Source: the human T2T-CHM13v2.0 reference genome, Homo sapiens
Direction of reading: 5' to 3'
DNA: 64,000 bases
NCBI GenBank assembly: GCA_009914755.4
Contig: CP086569.2
Coordinates: 61,536,001-61,600,000, forward strand
Shown one piece after another: positions 28,489 through 42,510 of this stretch; the stretch's first letter is position 1; each line of letters opens with the position of its first letter. Under the pieces are notes generated by a model. It did not search any database. It had not been told where the DNA came from and saw only the letters and a list, made by a program, of their open reading frames with translations. The translations under genes and the position numbers were made by a program.

Positions 28489-31400
28489 TACGGACTCCAA
28501 TGGAATGGAATCGAATGGAAGGGAATCGAACGGAATGGACTCGAAGGGAAAAGACTGCAATGGAAAGGTCTCGAATGGAATGGAAATTAATGGAATGGAA
28601 TGGAATCGAATGAAATGGAGTCAAAAGGAATGGAATCGAATGGCAAGAAATCGAATGTAATGGAATCGCAAGGAATTGATGTGAACGGAACGGAATGGAA
28701 TGGAATCCAAGGAATGGAATAGAATGGAATGGAATCGAATGGAAAGGACTCGAATGGAAATCACTCGAATAGAATGCAATTTAATAAAATAGGATCAAAT
28801 GTAATGGAATGGAATGGAAAGGAATCGAAACGAAAGGAATGGAGACAGATGGAATGGAATGGAACAGAGAGCAATGGTATAGAATGGAATGGAATCATCT
28901 GGAATGGAATTGAATGGAATGGAATAATATGAAATGGAATGGAATGGAATGGAATGGAATGCCCTTGAATTAAATGGACTGGAATGGACTGGACTCGAAC
29001 AGAGTGGAATGGAAAGTGTTGAGATAGAATGGAATGGACTCCTTTGGAATGGTGTAGTATGCAATGCAATCGACTGGCAGGGAATCAAAAGGAATGTAAT
29101 CGAATGGATTGGACTGGAATGCAATGGACTCGAATAGATTGGAAACGGAATGCAAAGGAATGGAATGGAATAGTATGGAATGGAATGGAAAGGAATGGAG
29201 TGGAATAGACTAGAGTGGAATGGAATGGACTGGAAAGCAATGGACTGGAATGGAACTTTCTTGAATGGACTGGAATCAAACGGAATGGAATGCAATGCAA
29301 TCAAATGGCATGGAATAAAATAGAATGAAAGAGAATCAAATGGAATTGAATCGAATGGAATCGAATGGATTGGAGAGGAATAGAATGGAATGGAATGGAA
29401 TTGACTCAAATGGAATGGACTAGAATGGAATGGATTCGAATGGAAGGCAAAGGAATGGAATCTATTGGAATGGACTCTAATGGAATGGAATGGAAGGGAT
29501 TGGAATGGACTCGAATGGAATGGACTGCAATAGAAAGGATTCGAATGGAATGAAAAAGAATTGAATGGAATAGAACAGAATGGAATCAAATCGAATGAAA
29601 TGGAATGGAATAGAAAGGAATGGAATGAAATGGAATGGAAAGGATTCGAATGGAATGCAATCGAATGGAATGGAATCGAACGGAATGGAATAAAATGGAA
29701 GAAAACTGTCAAGAAATGGAATCGAAATGAATGGAGTGTTATGGAACGGACTCAAAAGGAATTGAATGTAATAGAATGGAGTGGAGTGGACTCGAATATA
29801 ATGGACTGGAATGGAATGAAATCACATGGAATGGGAACGAATGGAATGGAATGGAAAGGAATGGAATCGAATGGAAAGGAATCGAATGGAAGGGAATGAA
29901 ATTGAATCAACAGGAATGGAAGGGAATAGAATAGACGGTAATGGAATGGACTCGAATAGAATGGACACGAATGCTCAAATTGAATGGACTCGAAAGGAAT
30001 GGAAAGGAAAGGAATGTCATCGAATGGAATTGAATCGATTGGAATGAAATCGCATAGAATGGAGTGGAATCAAATGGAATTGAATCGAAAGGAAAGGAAG
30101 CGAATGGACTGAAATGAAATGGAATGGAATTGAATGGAAAGTAATGCAATGGAATAGAATGGAACGAAATTTCACGGAATGGAATCAAACTGAATGGAAT
30201 CAAATCAATGGAATCAAATCAAATGGAATGGAAAGGAATTGAATGGAGTAGATTGGATTGGATGGGATTGGAATGAAATGTACTGGAAAGGACTCGAATT
30301 TCATGAAACGGAATGGAATGAATTGGAACGGAATGGACTCGAATGGAATGGAATGTCATGGAATGGCATCAAATGGAATGGCATCAAATGGAATGGAATC
30401 GAATGCAATGGAATGCTATGGAATGGAATGGAATGCATTGGAATGGAATGTCCTCTAATGGAATGGATTCGAGTGGAATGGAATCGAATATAATGGAGTC
30501 GAATGAAATGGAATTGAAAGGAATGGGATCGAATACAATGGAATATACTGGAATGTAATGTAATGAACTCGAATGTAATTGACTGGAATGGAATGTACAT
30601 GAATGGAATGTAATCGAATGGAAAGTAATCCAATGGAATAGAATCTAATGCAATAAAATCGACTCAAATAGAGTAGAATGTAATGGAATGGAGTGCAGTG
30701 CAATGGAATGGAATGGAATGGAATGCAATGGAATGGAATGGAATGGAATGGGATGGAATGGTATGGAATGGATAGTAATGGACTGGAGTGAAATGGACTG
30801 GAAAGGAATGGACTCAAATTGAAAGGGCTCGAAAGGAATGGAGTCAAATGGAATGGTCTGGAATGGAATGAACACGAATGTAATGCAATCCAATAGAATG
30901 GAATCGAATGGCATGGAATATAAAGAAATGGAATCGAAGAGAATGGAAACAAATGGAGTGGAATTGAATGGAATGGAATTGATTGGAATGGGAACGAATG
31001 GAGTGAAATTGTATGCAGTAGAAGAGAATAGAATGGAATGCAAGCGAAAGGAATGGAATGGATTGGAATGGAATGGAATTCATTGGAATGGAAGGGAATG
31101 TAGTGTAATGGACAGGCCTGGAATAAAGTGGAATGCTACGGTCTCGAATGGAATAAAAATGTATGGAATGGAATGCAATGAAACGGAATCGAATGTCATA
31201 GAATGTAATGGAATGCAAAAAATGGAATCCAAAATCATTGACTGGAAAGGCTGGGTGTCGAAAGGAATTGACTCCAATGGAATGGAATCGAATGGAATGG
31301 AAGTGAATAGAATCGAACTAAATCGAATGGAATGGAATTGATAGGAACGGAATGGAAAGGAATGCAATGATTTGGCATGGAATGGAATCGAATGGCATCG

Positions 31401-32030
31401 AATGGAATGGAATGGAATGCAATGGAATGGAATGTGTTAGAATGTAATGAACTTTAATGGAATGTACTCGAATGGATTCGACTGGAATGGAATGTTCTGG
31501 AAGTGAATGGACTCCAATGGAATGGATTCAAAAGGAATGGAATCGTACGGAATGGAATCTAATGGAATGGAATTAAATGGAAATGAATCAAATGGAATAG
31601 CACGGAATTGAATTGAATGGAATCGAATGCAATGGAATCTAATGAAACGGAAAGGAAAGGAATGGAATGGAATGGAATGGGCTGGAATGGAAAGGAATCG
31701 AAATGAATGGAATGGAATCGAACTGAAGAGACTGGAATGGAATGCACTGGAATGGAAGGGAGTGTAATGGAAGGTTCTCGAAAAAAATGGAATCGAATGG
31801 AATGGAATTGAATGGAACGGAATAGAGTCGAATGGAATTGAATGGAATGGAATGGACTAGAGTGAAATGGAATAGAACCACAAGGAATGGACAGGAATAG
31901 AATAGTCTCGAATTGAATGGAATCGTATGGAATGGCATCAAACGGAATGGAATGGATAGCCACGGAATGGAATGCACTCGAATGCAGTGGAGTCGAAACT
32001 AATGGACTGGAATAGAATGGACTCGACTGG
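28489..32030 (+). repeat. HOR unit 9 (type C), 3542 bp
   Basis: Runs from anchor 28489 to anchor 32031. The type-C marker gatagccacgg is at about 31955. Confidence 0.85.
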
Positions 32031-35000
32031 TACGGACTCCAATGGAATGGAATCGAATGGAAGGGAATCGAATGGAATGGACTCGAAGGGAAAAGACTGC
32101 AATGGAAAGGTCTCGAATGGAATGGAAATTAATGGAATGGAATGGAATCGAATGAAATGGAGTCAAAAGGAATGGAATCGAATGGCAAGAAATCGAATGT
32201 AATGGAATCGCAAGGAATTGATGTGAACGGAACAGAATGGAATGGAATCCAAAGGAATGGAATAGAATGGAATGGAATCGAATGGAAAGGACTCGAATGG
32301 AAATCACTCGAATAGAATGCAATTTAATAAAATAGGATCAAATGTAATGGAATGGAATGGAAAGGAATCGAAACGAAAGGAATGGAGACAGATGGAATGG
32401 AATGGAACAGAGAGCAATGGTATAGAATGGAATGGAATCATCTGGAATGGAATTGAATGGAATGGAATAATATGAAATGGAATGGAATGGAATGGAATGG
32501 AATGCCCTTGAATTAAATGGACTGGAATGGAATGGACTCGAACAGAGTGGAATGGAAAGTGTTGAGATAGAATGGAATGGACTCCTTTGGAATGGTGTAG
32601 TATGCAATGCAATCGACTGGCAGGGAATCAAAAGGAATGTAATGGAATGGATTGGACTGGAATGCAATGGACTCGAATAGATTGGAAACGGAATGCAAAG
32701 GGATGGAATGGAATAGTATGGAATGGAATGGAAAGGAATGGAGTGGAATAGACTAGAGTGGAATGGAATGAACTGGAAAGCAATGGACTGGAATGGAACT
32801 TTCTTGAACGGACTGGAATCAAACGGAATGGAATGCAATGCAATCAAATGGCATGGAATAAAATAGAATGAAAGAGAATCAAATGGAATTGAATCGAATG
32901 GAATCGAATGGATTGGAAAGGAATAGAATGGAATGGAATGGAATTGACTCAAATGGAATGGACTAGAATGGAATTTATTCGAATGGAAGGCAAAGGAATG
33001 GAATCTATTGGAATGGACTGTAATGGAATGGAATGGAAGGGATTGGAATGGACTCGAATGGAATGGACTGCAATAGAAAGGATTCGAATGGAATGAAAAA
33101 GAATTGAATGGAATAGAACAGAATGGAATCAAATCGAATGAAATGGAATGGAATAGAAAGGAATGGAATGAAATGGAATGGAAAGGATTCGAATGGAATG
33201 CAATCAAATGGAATGGAATCGAACGGAATGGAATAAAATGGAAGAAAACTGGCAAGAAATGGAATCGAAATGAATGGAGTGTTATGGAACGGACTCAAAA
33301 GGAATTGAATGTAATAGAATGGAGTGGAGTGGACTCGAATATAATGGACTGGAATGGAATGAAATCACATGGAATGGGAACGAATGGAATGGAATGGAAA
33401 GGAATGGAATGGAATGGAAAGGAATCGAATGGAAGGGAATGAAATTGAATCAACAGGAATGGAAGGGAATAGAATAGACGGTAATGGAATGGACTCGAAT
33501 AGAATGGACACGAATGCTCAAATTGAATGGACTCGAAAGGAATGGAAAGGAAAGGAATGTGATCGAATGGAATTGAATCGATTGGAATGAAATCGCATAG
33601 AATGGAGTGGAATCAAATGGAATTGAATCGAAAGGAAAGGAAGCGAATGGACTGAAATGAAATGGAATGGAATTGAATGGAAATTAATGCAATGGAATAG
33701 AATGGAACGAAATTTCACGGAATGGAATCAAACTGAATGGAATCAAATCAATGGAATCTAATCAAATGGAATGGAAAGGAATTGAATGGAGTAGATTGGA
33801 TTGGATGGGATTGGAATGAAATGTACTGGAAAGGACTCGAATTTCATGAAACGGAATGGAATGAATTGGAACGGAATGGACTCGAATGGAATGGAATGTC
33901 ATGGAATGGCATCAAATGGAATGGCATCAAATGGAATGGAATCGAATGCAATGGAATGCTATGGAATGGAATGGAATGCATTGGAATGGAATGTCCTCTA
34001 ATGGAATGGATTCGAGTGGAATGGAATCGAATATAATGGAGTCGAATGAAATGGAATTGAAAGGAATGGGATCGAATACAATGGAATATACTGGAATGTA
34101 ATGTAATGAACTCGAATGTAATTGACTGGAATGGAATGTACATGAATGGAATGTAATCGAATGGAAAGTAATCCAATGGAATAGAATCTAATGCAATAAA
34201 ATCGACTCAGATAGAGTAGAATGTAATGGAATGGAGTGCAGTGGAATGGAATGGAATGGAATGGAATGCAATGGAATGGAATGGAATGGAATGGAATGGG
34301 ATGGAATGGTATGGAATGGATAGTAATGGACTGGAGTGAAATGGACTGGAAAGGAATGGACTCAAATTGAAAGGGCTCGAAAGGAATGGAGTCAAATGGA
34401 ATGGTCTGGAATGGAATGAACACGAATGTAATGCAATCCAATAGAATGGAATCGAATGGCATGGAATATAAAGAAATGGAATCGAAGAGAATGGAAACAA
34501 ATGGAATGGAATTGAATGGAATGGAATTGAATGGAATGGGAACGAATGGAGTGAAATTGTATGCAGTAGAAGAGAATAGAATGGAATGCAAGCGAAAGGA
34601 AAGGAATGGATTAGAATGGAATGGAATTCATTGGAATGGAAGGGAATGTAGTGTAATGGACAGGCCTGGAATAAAGTGGAATGCTACGGTCTCGAATGGA
34701 ATAAAAATGTATGGAATGGAATGCAATGAAACGGAATCGAATGTCATAGAATGTAATGGAATGCAAAAAAATGGACTCCAAAATCATTGACTGGAAAGGC
34801 TGGGTGTCGAAAGGAATTGACTCCAATGGAATGGAATCGAATGGAATGGAAGTGAATAGAATCGAAGTAAATCGAATGGAATGGAATTGATAGGAACGGA
34901 ATGGAAAGGAATGCAATGATTTGGCATGGAATGGAATCGAATGGCATCGAATGGAATGGAATGGAATGCAATGGAATGGAATGTATTAGAAAGTAATGAA

Positions 35001-35579
35001 CTTTAATGGAATGTACTCGAATGGATTCGACTGGAATGGAATGTTCTGGAAGTGAATGGACTCTAATGGAATGGATTCAAAAGGAATGGAATCGTACGGA
35101 ATGGAATCTAATGGAATGGAATTAAATGGAAATGAATCAAATTGAATAGCACGGAATTGAATTGAATGGAATGGAATGCAATGGAATCTAATGAAACGGA
35201 AAGGAAAGGAATGGAATGGAATGGAATGGGCTGGAATGGAAAGGAATCGAAACGAATGGAATGGAATCGAACTGAAGAGACTGGAATGGAATGCACTGGA
35301 ATGGAAGGGAGTGTAATGGAAGGTTCTCGAAAAAAATGGAATCGAATGGAATGGAATTGAATGGAACGGAATAGAGTCGAATGGAATTGAATGGAATGGA
35401 ATGGACTAGAGTGAAATGGAATCGAACCACAAGGAATGGACAGGAATAGAATGGTCTCGAATTGAATGGAATCGTATGGAATGGCATCAAACGGAATGGA
35501 ATGGACAGCCACGGAATGGAATGCACTCGAATGCAATGGAGTCGAAACTAATGGACTGGAATAGAATGGACTCGACTGG
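32031..35579 (+). repeat. HOR unit 10, a hybrid or variant unit that departs from the A-B-C register; 3549 bp
   Basis: Runs from anchor 32031 to anchor 35580. Its marker segment 35166–35360 (ggaatggaatgcaatggaatctaatgaaacggaaagg) is not type A. It has the variant ggactccaaaatc at about 34775 and gaagtaaatcg at about 34865. Confidence 0.8.
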
Positions 35580-38500
35580 TACGGACTCCAATGGAATGGA
35601 ATCGAATGGAAGGGAATCGAACGGAATGGACTCGAGGGGAAAAGACTGCAATGGAAAGGTCTCGAATGGAATGGAAATTAATGGAATGGAATGGAATGGA
35701 ATCGAATGAAATGGAGTCAAAAGGAATGGAATCGAATGGCAAGAAATCGAATGTAATGGAATCGCAAGGAATTGATGTGAATGGAGCGGAATGGAATGGA
35801 ATCCAAAGGAATGGAATAGAATGGAAAGGACTCGAATGGAAATCACTCGAATAGAATGCAATTTAATAAAATAGGATCAAATGTAATGGAATGGAATGGA
35901 AAGGAATCGAAACGAAAGGAATGGAGACAGATGGAATGGAATGGAACAGAGAGCAATGGTATAGAATGGAATGGAATCATCTGGAATGGAATTGAATGGA
36001 ATGGAATAATATGAAATGGAATGGAATGGAATGGAATGGAATGCCCTTGAATTAAATGGACTGGAATGGAATGGACTCGAACAGAGTGGAATGGAAAGTG
36101 TTGAGATAGAATGGAAAGGACTCCTTTGGAATGGTGTAGTATGCAATGCAATCGACTGGCAGGGAATCAAAAGGAATGTAATGGAATGGATTGGACTGGA
36201 ATGCAATGGACTCGAATAGATTGGAAACGGAATGCAAAGGAATGGAATGGAATAGTATGGAATGGAATGGAAAGGAATGGAGTGGAATAGACTAGAGTGG
36301 AATGGAATGGACTGGAAAGCAATGGACTGGAATGGAACTTTCTTGAATGGAGTGGAATCAAACGGAATAGAATGCAATGCAATCAAATGGCATGGAATAA
36401 AATAGAATGAAAGAGAATCAAATGGAATTGAATCGAATGGAATCGAATGGATTGGAAAGGAATAGAATGGAATGGAATGGAATTGACTCAGATGGAATGG
36501 ATTCGAATGGAATGGATTCGAATGGAAGGCAAAGGAATGGAATCTATTGGAATGGACTGTAATGGAATGGAAGGGAATGGAATGGAAAGGATTGGAATGG
36601 ACTCGAATGGAATGGACTGCAATAGAAAGGATTCGAATGGAATGAAAAAGAATTGAATGGAATAGAACAGAATGGAATCAAATCGAATGAAATGGAATGG
36701 AATAGAAAGGAATGGAATGAAATGGAATGGAAAGGATTCGAATGGAATGCAATCGAATGGAATGGAATCGAACAGAATGGAATAAAATGGAAGAAAACTG
36801 GCAAGAAATGGAATCGAAATGAATGGAGTGTTATGGAACGGACTCAAAAGGAATTGAATGTAATAGAATGGAGTGGAGTGGACTCGAATATAGTGGACTG
36901 GAATGGAATGAAATCACATGGAATGGGAACGAATGGAATGGAATGGAAAGGAATGGAATCGAATGGAAAGGAATCGAATGGAAGGGAATGAAATTGAATC
37001 AACAGGAATGGAAGGGAATAGAATAGACGGTAATGGAATGGACTCGAATAGAATGGACACGAATGCTCAAATTGAATGGACTCGAATGGAATGGAAACGA
37101 AAGGAATGTCATCGAATGGAATTGAATCGATTGGAATGAAATCGCATAGAATGGAGTGGAATCAAATGGAATTGAATCGAAAGGAAAGGAAGCGAATGGA
37201 CTGAAATGAAATGGAATGGAATTGAATGGAAAGTAATGCAGTGGAATAGAATGGAACGAAATTTCACGGAATGGAATCAAACTGAATGGAATCAAATCAA
37301 TGGAATCTAATCAAATGGAATGGAAAGGAATTGAATGGAGTAGATTGGATTGGATGGGATTGGAATGAAATGTACTGGAAAGGACTCGAATTTCATGAAA
37401 CGGAATGGAATGAATTGGAACGGAATGGACTCGAATGGAATGGAATGTCATGGAATGGCATCAAATGGAATGGCATCAAATGGAATGGAATCGAATGCAA
37501 TGGAATGCTATGGAATGGAATGGAATGCATTGGAATGGAATGTCCTCTAATGGAATGGATTCGAGTGGAATGGAATCGAATATAATGGAGTCGAATGAAA
37601 TGGAATTGAAAAGAATGGGATCGAATACAATGGAATATACTGGAATGTAATGTAATGAACTCGAATGTAACTGACTGGAATGGAATGTACATGAATGGAA
37701 TGTAATCGAATGGAAAGTATTCCAATGGAATAGAATCTAATGCAATAAAATCGACTCAGATAGAGTAGAATGTAATGGAATGGAGTGCAGTGCAATGGAA
37801 TGGAATGGAATGGAATGCAATGGAATGGAATGGAATGGAATGGAATGGGATGGAATGGTATGGAATGGATAGTAATGGACTGGAGTGAAATGGACTGGAA
37901 AGGTATGGACTCAAATTGAAAGGGCTCGAAAGGAATGGAGTCAAATGGAATGGTCTGGAATGGAATGAACACGAATGTAATGCAATCCAATAGAATGGAA
38001 TCGAATGGCATGGAATATAAAGAAATGGAATCGAAGAGAATGGAAACAAATGGAATGGAAGTGAATGGAATGGAATTGAATGGAATGGGAACGAATGGAG
38101 TGAAATTGTATGCAGTAGAAGAGAATAGAATGGAATGCAAGCGAAAGGAAAGGAATGGATTGGAATGGAATGGAATTCATTGGAATGGAAGGGAATGTAG
38201 TTTAATGGACAGGCCTGGAATGAAGTGGAATGCTACGGTCTCGAATGGAATAAAAATGTATGGAATGGAATGCAATGAAACGGAATCGAATGTCATAGAA
38301 TGTAATGGAATGCAAAAAAATGGAATCCAAAATCATTGACTGGAAAGGCTGGGTGTCGAAAGGAATTAACTCCAATGGAATGGAATCGAATGGAATGGAA
38401 GTGAATAGAATCGAACTAAATCGAATGGAATGGAATTGATAGGAACGGAATGGAAAGGAATGCAATGATTTGGCATGGAATGGAATCGAATGGCATCGAA

Positions 38501-39128
38501 TGGAATGGAATGGAATGCAATGGAATGGAATGTATTAGAATGTAATGAACTTTAATGGAATGTACTCGAATGGATTCGACTGGAATGGAATGTTCTGGAA
38601 GTGAATGGACTCCAATGGAATGGATTCAAAAGGAATGGAATCGTACGGAATGGAAACTAATGGAATGGGATTAAATGGAAATGAATCAAATTGAATAGCA
38701 CGGAATTGAATTGAATGGAATCGAATGCAATGGAATCTAATGAAACGGAAAGGAAAGGAATGCAATGGAATGGAATGGGCTGGAATGGAACGGAATCGAA
38801 ACGAATGGAATGGAATCGAACTGAAGAGACTGGAATGGAATGCACTGGAATGGAAGGGAGTGTAATGGAAGGTTCTCGAAAAAAATGGAATCGAATGGAA
38901 TGGAATTGAATGGAACGGAATAGAGTCAAATGGAATTGAATGGAATGGAATGGACTAGAGTGAAATGGAATCGAACCACAAGGAATGGACAGGAATAGAA
39001 TGGTCTCGAATTGAATGGAATCGTATGGAATGGCATCAAACGGAATGGAATGGACAGCCACGGAATGGAATGCACTCGAATGCAATGGAGTCGAAACTAA
39101 TGGACTGGAATAGAATGGACTCGACTGG
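35580..39128 (+). repeat. HOR unit 11, a variant unit with several small indels; 3549 bp
   Basis: Runs from anchor 35580 to anchor 39129. It has a 15-bp deletion near 35815–35830, where aatagaatggaaaggactcg replaces aatagaatggaatggaatcgaatggaaaggactcg. The region 36480–36600 is rearranged or expanded relative to other units. Confidence 0.8.
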
Positions 39129-42100
39129 TACGGACTCCAATGGAATGGAATCGAATGGAAGGGAATCGATCGGAATGGACTCGAAGGGAAAAGACTGCAA
39201 TGGAAAGGTCTCGAATGGAGTGGAAATTAATGGAATGGAATGGAATCGAATGAAATGGAGTCAAAAGGAAAGGAATCGAATGGCAAGAAATCAAATGTAA
39301 TGGAATCGCAAGGAATTGATGTGAACGGAACGGAATGGAATGGAATCCAAAGGAATGGAATAGAATGGAATGGAATCGAATGGAAAGGACTCGAATGGAA
39401 ATCACTCGAATAGAATGCAATTTAATAAAATAGGATCAAATGTAATGGAATGGAATGGAAAGGAATCGAAACGAAAGGAATGGAGACAGATGGAATGGAA
39501 TGGAACAGAGAGCAATGGTATAGAATGGAATGGAATCATCTGGAATGGAATTGAATGGAATGGAATAATATGAAATGGAATGGAATGGAATGGAATGGAA
39601 TGCCCTTGAATTAAATGGACTGGAATGGAATGGACTCGAACAGAGTGGAATGGAAAGTGTTGAAATAGAATGGAATGGACTCCTTTGGAATGGTCTAGTA
39701 TGCAATGCAATCGACTGGCAGGGAATCAAAAGGAATGTAATGGAATGGATTGGACTGGAATGCAATGGACTCGAATAGATTGGAAACAGAATACAAAGGA
39801 ATGGAATGGAATAGTATGGAATGGAATGGAAAGGAATGGAGTGGAATAGACTAGAGTGGAATGGAATGGACTGGAAAGCAATGGACTGGAATGGAACTTT
39901 CTTGAATGGACTGTAATCAAACGGAATGGAATGCAATGCAATCAAATGGCATGGAATAAAATAGAATGAAAGAGAATCAAATGGAATTGAATCGAATGGA
40001 ATCGAATGGATTGGAAAGGAATAGAATGGAATGGAATGGAATTGACTCAAATGGAATGGACTAGAATGGAATGGATTCGAATGGAAGGCAAAGGAATGGA
40101 ATCTATTGGAATGGACTGTAATGGAATGGAACGGAAGGGATTGGAATGGACTCGAATGGAATGGACTGCAATAGAAAGGATTCGAATGGAATGAAAAAGA
40201 ATTGAATGGAATAGAACAGAATGGAATCAAATCGAATGAAATGGAATGGAAGAGAAAGGAATGGAATGAAATGGAATGGAAAGGATTCGAATGGAATGCA
40301 ATCGAATGGAATGCAATCGAATGGAATGGAATCGAACGGAATGGAATAAAATGGAAGAAAACTGGCAAGAAATGGAATCGAAATGAATGGAGTGTTATGG
40401 AACGGACTCAAAAGGAATTGAATGTAATAGAATGGAGTGGAGTGGACTCGAATATAATGGACTGGAATGGAATGAAATCACATGGAATGGGAACGAATGG
40501 AATGGAATGGAAAGGAATGGAATCGAATGGAAAGGAATCGAATGGAAGGGAATGAAATTGAATCAACAGGAATGGAAGGGAATAGAATAGACGGTAATGG
40601 AATGGACTCAAATAGAATGGACACGAATGCTCAAATTGAATGGACTCGAATGGAATGGAAACGAAAGGAATGTCATCGAATGGAATTGAATCGATTGGAA
40701 TGAAATCGCATAGAATGGAGTGGAATCAAATGGAATTGAATCGAAAGGAAAGGAAGCGAATGGACTGAAATGAAATGGAATGGAATTGAATGGAAAGTAA
40801 TGCAATGGAATAGAATGGAACGAAATTTCACGGAATGGAATCAAACTGAATGGAATCAAATCAATGGAATCAAATCAAATGGAATGGAAAGGAATTGAAT
40901 GGAGTAGATTGGATTGGATGGGATTGGAATGAAATGTACTGGAAAGGACTCGAATTTCATGAAACGGAATGGAATGAATTGGAACGGAATGGACTCGAAT
41001 GGAATGGAATGTCATGGAATGGCATCAAATGGAATGGCATCAAATGGAATGGAATCGAATGCAATGGAATGCTATGGAATGGAATGGAATGCATTGGAAT
41101 GGAATGTCCTCTAATGGAATGGATTCGAGTGGAATGGAATCGAATATAATGGAGTCGAATGAAATGGAATTGAAAGGAATGGGATCGAATACAATGGAAT
41201 ATACTGGAATGTAATGTAATGAACTCGAATGTAATTGACTGGAATGGAATGTACATGAATGGAATGTAATCGAATGGAAAGTAATCCAATGGAATAGAAT
41301 CTAATGCAATAAAATCGACTCAGATAGAGTAGAATGTAATGGAATGGAGTGCAGTGCAATGGAATGGAATGGAATGGAATGCAATGGAATGGAATGGAAT
41401 GGAATGGAATGGAATGGAATGGGATGGGATGGAATGGTATGGAATGGATAGTAATGGACTGGAGTGAAATGGACTGGAAAGGAATGGACTCAAATTGAAA
41501 GGGCTCGAAAGAAATGGAGTCAAATGGAATGGTCTGGAATGGAATGAACACGAATGTAATGCAATCCAATAGAATGGAATCGAATGGCATGGAATATAAA
41601 GAAATGGAATCAAAGAGAATGGAAACAAATGGAATGGAATTGAATGGAATGGAATTGAATGGAATGCGAACGAATGGAGTGAAATTGTATGCAGTAGAAG
41701 GGAATAGAATGGAATGCAAGTGAAAGGAAAGGAATGGATTGGAATGGAATGGAATTCATTGGAATGGAAGGGAATGTAGTGTAATGGACAGGCCTGGAAT
41801 AAAGTGGAATGCTACGGTCTCGAATGGAATAAAAATGTATGGAATGGAATGCAATGAAACGGAATCGAATGTCATAGAATGTAATGGAATGCAAAAAAAT
41901 GGAATCCAAAATCATTGACTGGAAAGGCTGGGTGTCGAAAGGAATTGACTCCAATGGAATGGAATCGAATGGAATGGAAGTGAATAGAATCGAACTAAAT
42001 CGAATGGAATGGAATTGATAGGAACGGAATGGAAAGGAATGCAATGATTTGGCATGGAATGGAATCGAATGGCATCGAATGGAATGGAATGGAATGCAAT

Positions 42101-42480
42101 GGAATGGAATGTATTAGAATGTAATGAACTTTAATGGAATGTACTCGAATGGATTCGACTGGAATGGAATGTTCTGGAAGTGAATGGACTCCAATGGAAT
42201 GGATTCAAAAGGAATGGAATCGTACGGAATGGAATCTAATGGAATGGAATTAAATGGAAATGAAGCAAATTGAATAGCACGGAATTGAATTGAATGGAAT
42301 GGAATGCAATGGAATCTAATGAAACGGAAAGGAAAGGAATGGAATGGAATGGAATGGGCTGGAATGGAAAGGAATCGAAACGAATGGAATGGAATCGAAC
42401 TGAAGAGACTGGAATGGAATGCACTGGAATGGAAGGGAGTGTAATGGAAGGTTCTCGAAAAAAATGGAATCGAATGGAAT
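39129..42480 (+). repeat. HOR unit 12, with its 3' end truncated by an internal ~0.65 kb deletion
   Basis: The anchor is at 39129. The unit is collinear with the other units up to about 42480 (unit offset about 3352). At that point the sequence jumps to unit offset about 418. Confidence 0.75.
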
Positions 42481-42510
42481 GGAATTGAATGGAATGGAAT
42501 AATATGAAAA
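42455..42510 (+). other. Deletion breakpoint joining unit offset about 3352 to offset about 418 of the following unit. About 0.6–0.65 kb of sequence is lost, including the unit-boundary anchor.
   Basis: The local sequence is aatcgaatggaatggaattgaatggaatggaataatatgaaaatgaatgg. The left flank matches ggaattgaatggaacggaatagag, normally at offset about 3330. The right flank matches ggaattgaatggaatggaataatatg, normally at offset about 418. Both share ggaattgaatggaa. Confidence 0.7.

Larger units (their letters stand above)
21366..32030 (+). repeat. Super-repeat copy 3 (units A-B-C, 10,665 bp)
   Basis: Same as copies 1 and 2. Markers are at 24501 (A), 28085 (B), 31972 (C) and 30838 (the 167-aa artefact ORF). 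Confidence 0.85.
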
